Under the pieces are notes generated by a model that did not search any database, was not told where the DNA came from, and saw only the letters and a list, made by a program, of their open reading frames with translations. This document shows positions 53,938 to 62,498 of a DNA stretch of 64,000 bases, one piece after another. The stretch comes from Dehalococcoidia bacterium (GTDB lineage: Bacteria > Chloroflexota > Dehalococcoidia > UBA6926): NCBI GenBank assembly GCA_965205915.1, contig OZ242191.1, positions 100,383 through 164,382 of the forward strand, written 5' to 3'. A program made the translations under genes and the position numbers. Numbering within the stretch: position 1 is the stretch's first letter; each line of letters starts with the position of its first letter.

Positions 53938-54203
53938 CATCGTCTCCTCAACAGCCGGAATTCCAGCCCGATTTCCCGACCCGATTCCGGAGCTTCAAGA
54001 AACTCACCGGCATGTCCACACGGCAAATCGCTCAGCAAATCAATGCCCCAGTCGACATCCTCAAGAATTGGGAGCGAGGCGGGACGCCGCGCGGTCTCGT
54101 CCTCCTCAGATTGATGGTACTGGCCAACCGGACGCCTAATGGGATGGACACGCTGTTCCCGCTGCTGGCCGCCGACATCCGGGAGCTTGATGCTCGTCGG
54201 TAG
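53934..54203 (+). CDS. HTH protein (paralog 2)
   Basis: PDFPTRFRSFKKLTGMSTRQIAQQINAPVDILKNWERGGTP. Confidence 0.75.
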   Translation: MTSSPQQPEFQPDFPTRFRSFKKLTGMSTRQIAQQINAPVDILKNWERGGTPRGLVLLRLMVLANRTPNGMDTLFPLLAADIRELDARR

Positions 54204-54207
54204 CCCG

Positions 54208-54465
54208 ATGCGACACCCTTACCGAAACCGGTCCCCTGCCCCGTCCACCTTGCCCGATGATTTCAGGTATCGCCTCGTGCGTTTCAAGGAGGCGTCGGGC
54301 TTGTCATGGAGGGCCTTGGCGAAGGAACTCGAGGTCAACCCTTACCGGCTTCGAGAGTGGCGGCGCGGCATCACCCCCAGCACACCGCATCTCGTCCATT
54401 TGCTCGGTTTAGCAGAGCAAATTGGCCTGGGGGAGGTGTTTGCGGGATCGCCGCCTGACACGTAG
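54208..54465 (+). CDS. HTH protein (paralog 3)
   Basis: PDDFRYRLVRFKEASGLSWRALAKELEVNPYRLREWRRGITP. Confidence 0.75.
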   Translation: MRHPYRNRSPAPSTLPDDFRYRLVRFKEASGLSWRALAKELEVNPYRLREWRRGITPSTPHLVHLLGLAEQIGLGEVFAGSPPDT

Positions 54466-54519
54466 ACTTGTAGATCGCAGAACCCACCAAACCGTATCTG
54501 CAAGGAAGGAAGCGGCGCG

Positions 54520-54633
54520 ATGCCACGAGCTATGGCAAACGGTGGCAGGGGCGGCAGCGGTAACAACCCCAACTATCCAAGCACGACGGGCAACCCGTCA
54601 GGCGGCGGAAGGGGCAACGAGCCAAAGAAGTAG
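54520..54633 (+). CDS. 37-aa Gly/Asn/Pro-rich peptide (below ORF-track cutoff)
   Basis: MPRAMANGGRGGSGNNPNYPSTTGNPSGGGRGNEPKK*; SD-like AAGGAAGG upstream; hairpin immediately after the stop. Confidence 0.65.
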   Translation: MPRAMANGGRGGSGNNPNYPSTTGNPSGGGRGNEPKK

Positions 54634-54639
54634 AACGCC

Positions 54640-54670
54640 AGGCTCCCGCGCTCATTGAGCGCGGGAGCCT
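54640..54670. terminator. Perfect 15-bp inverted repeat (terminator or cruciform site)
   Basis: AGGCTCCCGCGCTCA-T-TGAGCGCGGGAGCCT; no poly-T tail. Confidence 0.55.
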
Positions 54671-54689
54671 CTACCGGAGTTATTGATTC

Positions 54690-55772
54690 GTGCACTTCAT
54701 CTTGGATGCGAATGTCGTAATCTCTGAGGGATTCGGGCAGAGTGCCCGTGTAAGTGCTTTACTGTCTGCCTCAGGAGCAGTCGGCTACACAGTCTACCTT
54801 CCCAGTCCAGCTTTGGAGGAGATAACGTCGGAATTCTCTAGGAGACTAGCAGGAAGGTTACACAAAACCAAGCAGGCTATGGCGGAGTTATCCGGTGGAT
54901 TGGGGCGTGATGTGAGTTCTTCGCTGAACAGTATCGAGATTGCTTCCGAGAGGCAAGCACTGCGAGAGAGACTATTGGCTCAACTTCGCGATGCGGAGGC
55001 CCAGATTCTAGACTACCCGGGCATATCACACGAGGAATTGGTCAAGCGGGCAACTGAGAGAAGAAGACCATTTGACAGCAAAGGGTCCGGCTACCGAGAT
55101 AGTTTGATTTGGCAGTCGGCAGTTGACCTTGCCCATAGCGTGAGCGGACCAATTGTTCTTGTATCGTCAGACAAAGATTTCGCCGACGATCATGGAAAGC
55201 TGCACCAAGAACTAAAGGAGGAACTGGTCAGACTTGGACTGCCGGAGGATAGGATTGTCTTGATTCCTAACCTTGCTGAACTGGTGGAGAATCACGTACG
55301 TCCACAACTCGGATTAGCCCCGTGGGATCGACCGCTTGAAGCGTTGGCCCAAAAGGGGCTGAACTTGGAAGATTCAATAGGAATGACAATCCAAGATGCC
55401 CTCTTGGGTCAGGAGTGGGAGCCGCGGGAGTTGGGATTACCTGACGAGTATGAATCACCCAATCTGGAATCGGTTCAAGGTGTTTCCGACCTTACGATAT
55501 TGGACACAAGATCGCTGCCCTCAGATCAACTACTGATTAAGGTCAGGGCTAATATCGAAGCAGAATTCCAGACCTTCATCTTCAAGCCAAATTGGTATGG
55601 CCTTGACGATCCTAGGTTAGCGCTCATAAACGAGGACTGGAATAGGCACTACCTCGAGGCTGGCATTATCTTGCTATTAGAGTGTGAATTGGACCTAGTG
55701 ATCGACGATTCGAATCCAAGAGAGCCTGAGATTCGGGATGTCTCCGTCGCGTTGAGGCTTGTCGACGACTAG
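54690..55772 (+). CDS. PIN-domain protein (DUF4935-like N-terminus)
   Basis: FILDANV, VYLPSPALEE, RRPF..KGSGYRDSLIW, LVSSDKDF. Confidence 0.82.
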   Translation: MHFILDANVVISEGFGQSARVSALLSASGAVGYTVYLPSPALEEITSEFSRRLAGRLHKTKQAMAELSGGLGRDVSSSLNSIEIASERQALRERLLAQLRDAEAQILDYPGISHEELVKRATERRRPFDSKGSGYRDSLIWQSAVDLAHSVSGPIVLVSSDKDFADDHGKLHQELKEELVRLGLPEDRIVLIPNLAELVENHVRPQLGLAPWDRPLEALAQKGLNLEDSIGMTIQDALLGQEWEPRELGLPDEYESPNLESVQGVSDLTILDTRSLPSDQLLIKVRANIEAEFQTFIFKPNWYGLDDPRLALINEDWNRHYLEAGIILLLECELDLVIDDSNPREPEIRDVSVALRLVDD

Positions 55773-55782
55773 TCGTCCTAAT

Positions 55783-57369
55783 TCACCTAGAGGACTCCGT
55801 GATGTGGCCAGCTACTTGCAGTGGCAGGAGGGTGCCGAACCGTTCCGCCTCCCCCCGCGCCACGCTCCTGAAATTCGCCGCCGTCACCTCATCCTCCACG
55901 ACGATGAGCACCTCAGGGGTGAAGCCATGGTCGTCGCGGGGGCGGTCTGTGGAGTAGTAACGGAGGTAGGGGCTGAGGCGCTCTCGCATGGTGCTTGGGC
56001 GGACGGCTCGGCGCTCCCATTCCAGGAAGAATGCCTTGACTTCCCTGCCCCTCTTCATCATGACAAAGGCGTCAGGGTTGATGGCCCGGACGCTCCCGTT
56101 GTGGCGGAAGTATCGTGATGCCCTGTGCGGCGGATCGAGTTGGATATTCTCCCAGCCATCTCCGCGCGCCCGCTCAACCGTGTCCGCGAGAAATCGATGT
56201 ACTGCATCCGTGTGTTCGCTGTTCCTCAGCAATTGCCGCACTCGCCTGCCGGAGACGTTCTCCCAGTCCAACGGCAGGGCCGGATCGACGTGCATGACAC
56301 TCCACCGCTGACGGGCCGTTCCTACCGATGACCTATCGCGTCGGGCCAGCAAGCCCAGGCCAAGATCGCTGAGGGCAACGCGGCGACCATCAAGGCTCAG
56401 GTGTTGAATTAGCCCAGCGGTCTTGAGCCGACCCATGATCTGCGAGAGGCGTGACGGTGAGATTTCCATCAACCATCTCAGACTCGGGTACTTGATGCCC
56501 GGCCAATCGCCGATGACGTTCAGGGCGCGCTTGTCAGCCGGATAGAGAGCGGCGGGCAGGTGCCGCGGGTGAATGCGGTCGAGAGGCTCGTTGATACTTA
56601 GGTTGCTCGGCACATCCACCTTCGACAGCGGCGTCTCGGCGGGCAGAGATCCGACAGTGGAAGGCTGTCGAAGAGCAGCGTCTATGTCGACCTTCGCATT
56701 GCCGCCCGGCATCTGCCAGATGCGGTCATCGGGCCCCGCAAAGACCGCATCTGACTCAACGCCCACAAACGTCGGGACACGTTCCGTAAACATCATGCGG
56801 CGGGTGTGTCGTCGTCGAATCTCGTCCTGCGTGAGCACGATGATTCCGCCGGGCATCGGGCCATCGCGTAGCCGCCCCAACCTCTTGGCGAACGAGCTGC
56901 GGTCACTCATCTGACCCTGCCGCATGATGCCGATAGTCCTTCCGTCACCGAGCGTGATGGATGCGTCCAATGCGGCCGCCCTGTACCACCTCATGCTTGT
57001 TGGCGGGTAATAGTCAGCGATCAGCACCGCAACGCGGTAGATGGCGGCGACGGCATCCAGCCGCTCCATGAAGAGATTCTGCCACTGCGCTGAAACCGGG
57101 TATCCGCGAAGAATCGCCTCGACGGACTTGCCCGCCAACCGTGCCAGTTCTTCAACTCCCGCTGCCGTCACGTAGTAGCGTTCCGTTCGCGGCAGCAACT
57201 CCGTTGCATGCGGAACCGCGCCAACTAGCCCCAGATCCTCCAGCCTATCCGCCGCCCGGTACGCCTCGGAGTTTGACCATCCCGTCATGGGCGAGAGTTC
57301 CCCACGGCCCAGGGATGGCGTGTCGGCAAGCTGCCTGAGAATATCCGCCGATGCTCCTGTCAATTTCAT
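55783..57369 (-). CDS. Replic_Relax-like (wHTH + PD-(D/E)xK) protein, internally duplicated; candidate relaxase
   Basis: C-half HTDAVHRF...INPDAF...FFLEWER...RL..Y..YY...PEVLIV; N-half repeats the wHTH + fold layout; ATGA overlap with virD4. Confidence 0.72.
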   Translation of the reverse strand: MKLTGASADILRQLADTPSLGRGELSPMTGWSNSEAYRAADRLEDLGLVGAVPHATELLPRTERYYVTAAGVEELARLAGKSVEAILRGYPVSAQWQNLFMERLDAVAAIYRVAVLIADYYPPTSMRWYRAAALDASITLGDGRTIGIMRQGQMSDRSSFAKRLGRLRDGPMPGGIIVLTQDEIRRRHTRRMMFTERVPTFVGVESDAVFAGPDDRIWQMPGGNAKVDIDAALRQPSTVGSLPAETPLSKVDVPSNLSINEPLDRIHPRHLPAALYPADKRALNVIGDWPGIKYPSLRWLMEISPSRLSQIMGRLKTAGLIQHLSLDGRRVALSDLGLGLLARRDRSSVGTARQRWSVMHVDPALPLDWENVSGRRVRQLLRNSEHTDAVHRFLADTVERARGDGWENIQLDPPHRASRYFRHNGSVRAINPDAFVMMKRGREVKAFFLEWERRAVRPSTMRERLSPYLRYYSTDRPRDDHGFTPEVLIVVEDEVTAANFRSVARGEAERFGTLLPLQVAGHITESSR

Positions 57370-59954
57370 TGCACATTCCCCCCGTTGGTGTCCTGGCCAC
57401 CCTTCTGTTTCGCGCGGCGGTCCGCCTGCCTCTCCCGGCGCGCCTGTCCCGCCTCCGAGTCCGTGTTCTCCTGCGCGGCGTCCGCCAGTTGTTGGGCAGC
57501 CGCCGTGCGGCCTCCAGCTTCTCTCTGGAGCTCTTCCACAAGCCGCTCAAGGTTGGCGTCGCCGCCGGCAAGGGTCTCGTGCGGCGTCGTGTACGCCGCT
57601 GCCGCGGCGCGGATGCGATCGGCAACGCTTTGGTTTCCCATCTCCGGCTTACGCACCTTCATCGAGAACGACGGCAGCCGTTCGTTGCCGACTGTGGCCC
57701 GCACGTAGCAGTGGTGAACGGGCAACGTCATCACGTCCTCGATGGACACGCGGTCCGAGCCGAGTTCGACCATGAGTTGGCGCGCATCGTCCCCCGCGAT
57801 TTGGAACACCACGAGGCAGCCGATGTTGGCCATCAGGCTGTAACGCATCGTCTCCGAGAGGGCGTCGAGCTTCGAAAGGCTCTGCGTGGCCAGTACGAAA
57901 TTGGCACCGAACTTGCCCAGTTCGGACAGCATCGATTCGTAGTCCACGCCGGGCATGGTCTGCATCTCGTCGACGACAACGAGGACGCCGCGCCGCTCCT
58001 CGGGTGGACGCTGTCCCTGCTCGCGAATCACGGCGTCGACGAGGTTCATCATCGATGCGCCGACGAGGGCGGCCACGTCGCGCCCGACTTCGCCCTGGGC
58101 CGTTGAGATGAAGAGGATGCCGCCGTCCAGGATTGTCTGACGCACGTCGATCGTGGAGCGCGATTGACCAAGGATCGCGCTTGCCTTCGTCGATGTCGCG
58201 TAGTACGAAAGCCGCGTCTGCACCGGCGCGACGGCCTCCGACTGATACTGTCGATGCCAGCTGCCGAACTCCCGCGCCCACCACCGAAGAAGCGGGATGT
58301 CCTTCACTTCGGAAATCACCTTGCCGCGAAACGGGTTGGGATCCGGAGCGAGCAGGCTGAGTCCGTCAATGATCGTGTACTGCTCATCGGGGTCTCGTTT
58401 CTTGTTGGCCTCGTGAAGAGTCTTTACCATCTGTTCGAGGATCGACTGCATGCGCGGCCCCCACTGGTCCCAAAGCCCCTTCGCGATTCGCACTACGGAA
58501 TCGGCGGTTCGGTCGCGGTCCGTGAATATGCGCGTGTCAAGCACGTTGATGCCGGGCGCGCCACGCGGGTCCGCGAGATCGATGAGCTTCACCTGGTCGA
58601 TCAGTGACTCCGGCACCTGCTCAAGCAGGGCGGACACGAGGTCGGCGTGGGGATCGATGACAACGATGGCATCTCTGTTCCGGCCGGCCGCCTTCTCCGC
58701 CATCTGGTGCGCGATGATGTGTTGCATCAACGTGGATTTGCCCATGCGGGTCCGGGCCACGTACAGGTGGTGGCGGCGCAGCAGATCGTCGGGGAAATGG
58801 ATGGCCTCCGCAGCCTCGGTGGTCTGGTTTCCGACGTGCGCGCCCTCAGTCAGGGCGCTGCCGTAGGGAACAAGGACTTTCGCCCCCGCCCTGTCCACCT
58901 GGGGCGCTTCATCCTTCGAGCCGAGGGGATGCCACAGGCTGGCCACCTCCCGAACACCCAGCACGTTTCGCTTGGAGAACATGCCGCCTCCAACCTTGAG
59001 GCCGAGCTCCTCCGGCGCGAGCCGCAACTTGCCCGCCGAGAACTTTGCCCCGACTGGGTTGTCGTAGTGCCGGTACGCGGTGGCAACTTGCGAGAGGATT
59101 TCGCCTGCCCTGCGTCGTCCATTCTTTTCTGAGACTATGGCTATAAGCTGGATCTCCGCCTGGAATGCCGTCCGCGACACCTTCTCCAGGACCAACTGCG
59201 TGTTGGGAATGGTCGGCTTCTGACGCTTGAGACGCGCCCAAACGATTGCGGCGGTCAGCGCCCCTAGCACCGCTCCGCCGGCGAGGGCAACCGCCTTGAA
59301 TATGTCGCCGTCCTGCCAGTATTGCCATGTCCGCAAGCCGACGAAGGCAACCCCTGCCAGCAGCAAGAGCCGGATGACCTCTCCGTGGCTCACCTGCCCT
59401 TCCTGTGGCGTCGGGCGTGGCACAAAGCGAGGCTTCTCCGCCTCCACGTGGTAGGCCTCCGACCAATCGGGTCCCATCGACTTGAGGACAAGGCGGGCGA
59501 CGACTCTCTCCTTTGGACGCACTGCCGACAACGCTCCGATGAGAGCGAGCATGGGGTCGGAGCCCTCGTCCAGGAGATCGTCGTCTTTGAAGACGCGAAG
59601 AGGTACGTACTCCGGGCCCTTCACCTTGAGGGGCGCCATCCACGCCTCTTCATACTCATCAAGCAGGAGTGGATCGTCGTCGTCATCGACAGCGCTCACA
59701 AGCGCCTGCGGATAGTGAACGCCCACCTGCCCGCGCACCGTTTGGGAGTCGATGCAGCGGACAAAGAGCTGCACGCCGTCTGCGTTTCCTGCAATCTCCA
59801 GCGAGAACGGCTCCGGGACGGCGATAGCTTGAAGCATGTTCTCGACGCCGAGCATGGTGCGCTCCCCCATGCGCGGCGGGGTTATGGACAGAAGGACCGG
59901 TTCGTTCTTCTTGCCCGATCCGAAGATTCTCGTCATTGGTGAAAACGGGTTCAT
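57366..59954 (-). CDS. VirD4/TrwB-like type IV coupling protein
   Basis: Central TM pair, HLYVARTRMGKST, IDPHADL, WGPRMQSIL, VVDEMQ, FVLATQ, MANIG. Confidence 0.87.
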   Translation of the reverse strand: MNPFSPMTRIFGSGKKNEPVLLSITPPRMGERTMLGVENMLQAIAVPEPFSLEIAGNADGVQLFVRCIDSQTVRGQVGVHYPQALVSAVDDDDDPLLLDEYEEAWMAPLKVKGPEYVPLRVFKDDDLLDEGSDPMLALIGALSAVRPKERVVARLVLKSMGPDWSEAYHVEAEKPRFVPRPTPQEGQVSHGEVIRLLLLAGVAFVGLRTWQYWQDGDIFKAVALAGGAVLGALTAAIVWARLKRQKPTIPNTQLVLEKVSRTAFQAEIQLIAIVSEKNGRRRAGEILSQVATAYRHYDNPVGAKFSAGKLRLAPEELGLKVGGGMFSKRNVLGVREVASLWHPLGSKDEAPQVDRAGAKVLVPYGSALTEGAHVGNQTTEAAEAIHFPDDLLRRHHLYVARTRMGKSTLMQHIIAHQMAEKAAGRNRDAIVVIDPHADLVSALLEQVPESLIDQVKLIDLADPRGAPGINVLDTRIFTDRDRTADSVVRIAKGLWDQWGPRMQSILEQMVKTLHEANKKRDPDEQYTIIDGLSLLAPDPNPFRGKVISEVKDIPLLRWWAREFGSWHRQYQSEAVAPVQTRLSYYATSTKASAILGQSRSTIDVRQTILDGGILFISTAQGEVGRDVAALVGASMMNLVDAVIREQGQRPPEERRGVLVVVDEMQTMPGVDYESMLSELGKFGANFVLATQSLSKLDALSETMRYSLMANIGCLVVFQIAGDDARQLMVELGSDRVSIEDVMTLPVHHCYVRATVGNERLPSFSMKVRKPEMGNQSVADRIRAAAAAYTTPHETLAGGDANLERLVEELQREAGGRTAAAQQLADAAQENTDSEAGQARRERQADRRAKQKGGQDTNGGNVQ

Positions 59955-62170
59955 ACAGTGCCTCCCTTCTGTTCTTCGGCGGCGATCCGGCTACGACCGG
60001 CCCGCCACTCGATCACGTCTGCCTCTTCCTTGGTGGCTTCGATTCGGAGGGGAAACCGGCCTCCACGCGCGAGCAGCAGTCCGTCACCGCGCGGGCAGGA
60101 AATCAGCCAGCGCTGCAGGTCTTCGGGCAGGTCGAAGGCGTCGCCGACGGTGCGGATAGCGGCGGCATCCTGCTGGAGCAGGAGTTTGAAGGCGGCGTTC
60201 TGGAGCAGCGCCCTACCGGAGTGGCCGGTGATGGCGCGGGATGTGTCTTCGGACAGGAGGTCCTGCACATCCTGGGTGATGAATTGAAGTCCGAGGCGGT
60301 GCTTGCGAGCGCGTTTGGCCATCGAGACCATGAACGCCGCCCCCTCCGGGTGCTGCATGATCGACCACACCTCGTCGACGACCAACAGGCGTGGCTTGGG
60401 GTTCTGGGCCGCCGCCGTCCACACGGTCTCGGTGCAGACCATCGCGGCGGCGGGGCGCATTTCAGGTTCAAGAAGGCGCAGGTCAAAGACGGTGACGGGG
60501 GCTTCATTGGTGAGCAAGTCGTCGCCCTCATCCGTGAGGAGGTGCCGGAGACTGCCCGTGACAAACGGTCTGAGCAGCTTGTCCAGAACACCGTCGCCGT
60601 GCTCAATGAGATGCTCGTAGAAGTCCTTGAACCCCGTGCGCTCGCGCGGCTCCATGTAATAGGCGGCGAGAGCGTGATCGAGGGCCGCCCGCCTCTCGGC
60701 CCCCAAGGGCTCACCGATCATGACCTCAATCAGGCGGCGCAGCGAGCCAATCCGAAGCAGCAATTCCTCGCTGTCGGAGCGGTCGATGACGAACGGGTTC
60801 ACGCCCTGCCCCGGCACACCCGGCGACAGCACGCGGCCCCCCGCAGCACGCGCCATGTCGGCGTATTCGCCCTCGGGATCGATAACATAGGCGGTGACTC
60901 CCCGGCAGATGCCGCGAAGGACGCCGAGTTTGGTGGCGAACGACTTGCCGCTCCCGGAACGGGCAAGGACGGCGGTATTGGCATTCAGATGTGTGCCGTC
61001 GAACGGGTCATAGACGATGGGCGACGACGACCTCAGGTCGATGCCGTACAGCGTGCCGCTGCGGGTGTCGAGGTCAGGCGGGGAGAAGGGGAACAGCCTA
61101 GCAAGCGAAGACGTGTCGAGCGTCCGCCACGTGCCGATGGCGTTTAGACCGATGGGCAGCGCAGACACCAGCCCCTCCCGCTGCCGGTACACCAGCGTGT
61201 CCAGCTTGCCGAGTGTTGCGGCGAAGTGGGCCCGTACGCCCTGCGTCATGTCCTTAAGTTCGGCCGAGTCGCGGGCATGGAGCGTTATCGAGAGTGAGGA
61301 ATGGAAGAGACGCTCCCTGCCCCGTTGCACGTCGTCGCGCAACCGCCTGACGTCCTCAAGGGCGATCTCGGCCTCGGGAGACATCGACTTGCCACGATGC
61401 ATGGACAGTGATTGCGCCGACTCGAAGCGTACCTTCTGCCATTCGAGAGTGCGGGATGCCTGGTCGGAGGGGATGGGGCCGAGATGGATGGAGATGTCCA
61501 TCCTCGCCCCCGACGCCATGAGCGCCTGTAAGAAACCGGGTATCAGAGCGCGAGGCCACTTGCCGAGGTGGAGCGAGCGGGCGAGCGTGTCCCCGACACG
61601 AATCTCGCGCCGACCAATCTCGACCTCAAGGCTTTCATCTTCCCCAAACTCCCGCGGCGAGCCGCCCGCCGCCGACGCGAGAATCACCATTCTCAGCTGG
61701 CGGCCGGTCATGGGGTTGACGGCAAGTCCGGCGCGAGCCATCAGGCCGCGCAGGTCGTCAACCCTCTCGAACTCGCAGACGGCATAGAAGCGCCGGTCGA
61801 CGACACCCTCGCGGTTTTCGAGGTCAGATAGAAGCCCGCGCAGGGAATCGGCGGCGGCCTCAGTCTGTGCGGGTAGATTCTCAGGCTGTTCTTCTGCGAG
61901 TTGCGTTCGCAGGCGGCTCAGTTCGGGCGCGTGTTGACGGATGAGGAGCTGTACCGGGAAGTCCATCGCGTTCAGCGCTCCGGCGAAGGCTCCGAGTTTT
62001 GCCTCGTCCAGTTCAAGGCCAAGCGCCTCAAGGATCCCCAACTTGGCGCCGTCAATGCGAACCGGCCCGTCGTCCTCGACATGCGAGAGCATGAAGAAGT
62101 TGGCCAGTTTGGCGCTGGAAAACTGCTCCTGGCTCACGAGCTCTTCACTGATTGATTCAATCGGGTTCAT
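59951..62170 (-). CDS. VirB4-like conjugation ATPase
   Basis: NANTAVLARSGSGKSF, VIDPEGEY, LVVDEVW, KRARKH, ITQDVQD, GDGLL. Confidence 0.9.
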   Translation of the reverse strand: MNPIESISEELVSQEQFSSAKLANFFMLSHVEDDGPVRIDGAKLGILEALGLELDEAKLGAFAGALNAMDFPVQLLIRQHAPELSRLRTQLAEEQPENLPAQTEAAADSLRGLLSDLENREGVVDRRFYAVCEFERVDDLRGLMARAGLAVNPMTGRQLRMVILASAAGGSPREFGEDESLEVEIGRREIRVGDTLARSLHLGKWPRALIPGFLQALMASGARMDISIHLGPIPSDQASRTLEWQKVRFESAQSLSMHRGKSMSPEAEIALEDVRRLRDDVQRGRERLFHSSLSITLHARDSAELKDMTQGVRAHFAATLGKLDTLVYRQREGLVSALPIGLNAIGTWRTLDTSSLARLFPFSPPDLDTRSGTLYGIDLRSSSPIVYDPFDGTHLNANTAVLARSGSGKSFATKLGVLRGICRGVTAYVIDPEGEYADMARAAGGRVLSPGVPGQGVNPFVIDRSDSEELLLRIGSLRRLIEVMIGEPLGAERRAALDHALAAYYMEPRERTGFKDFYEHLIEHGDGVLDKLLRPFVTGSLRHLLTDEGDDLLTNEAPVTVFDLRLLEPEMRPAAAMVCTETVWTAAAQNPKPRLLVVDEVWSIMQHPEGAAFMVSMAKRARKHRLGLQFITQDVQDLLSEDTSRAITGHSGRALLQNAAFKLLLQQDAAAIRTVGDAFDLPEDLQRWLISCPRGDGLLLARGGRFPLRIEATKEEADVIEWRAGRSRIAAEEQKGGTV

Positions 62171-62186
62171 ATGGATACTCCTTTTC

Positions 62187-62498
62187 CTAGGGAATCGGAA
62201 CAATGCCGCTGATGAGCGCGAGAGCCACTCCCTTTGCGGACAGGACGAGGATGAGACCGGCGATGGCGAGGAAGACGGCGCTTCGCGCCTTGCCTCCCTG
62301 CCTGTCATCCGCCCCTTCCGCCATGAGGACAAATCCGGCCCACACAACGGCGAAAACCGCGAGGCCCGCCGCCGCGTAGACCATGCCCGTCAGCACCTTG
62401 TCGAAGGCGTCGAGCATCGCCTGCTGTTCCGGCGAGATCGCCCCAAGGGACAGCATCAATGCGCCGAATATCAGGGCGGCCGGAACGATTCTTCTCAC
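62187..62498 (-). CDS. TrbC/VirB2-like pilin
   Basis: About 100 aa; leader plus two hydrophobic helices separated by GADDRQGGKARS and ..GLILVLSA; sits immediately upstream of virB4. Confidence 0.78.
   Translation of the reverse strand: MRRIVPAALIFGALMLSLGAISPEQQAMLDAFDKVLTGMVYAAAGLAVFAVVWAGFVLMAEGADDRQGGKARSAVFLAIAGLILVLSAKGVALALISGIVPIP

Noticed and set aside
59936-61147. Long antisense ORFs (also 9077..9874, 17145..18152, 20366..20965, 41783..42499 and others)
   Set aside because: These are shadow frames of well-supported genes in high-GC DNA with no recognisable motifs.
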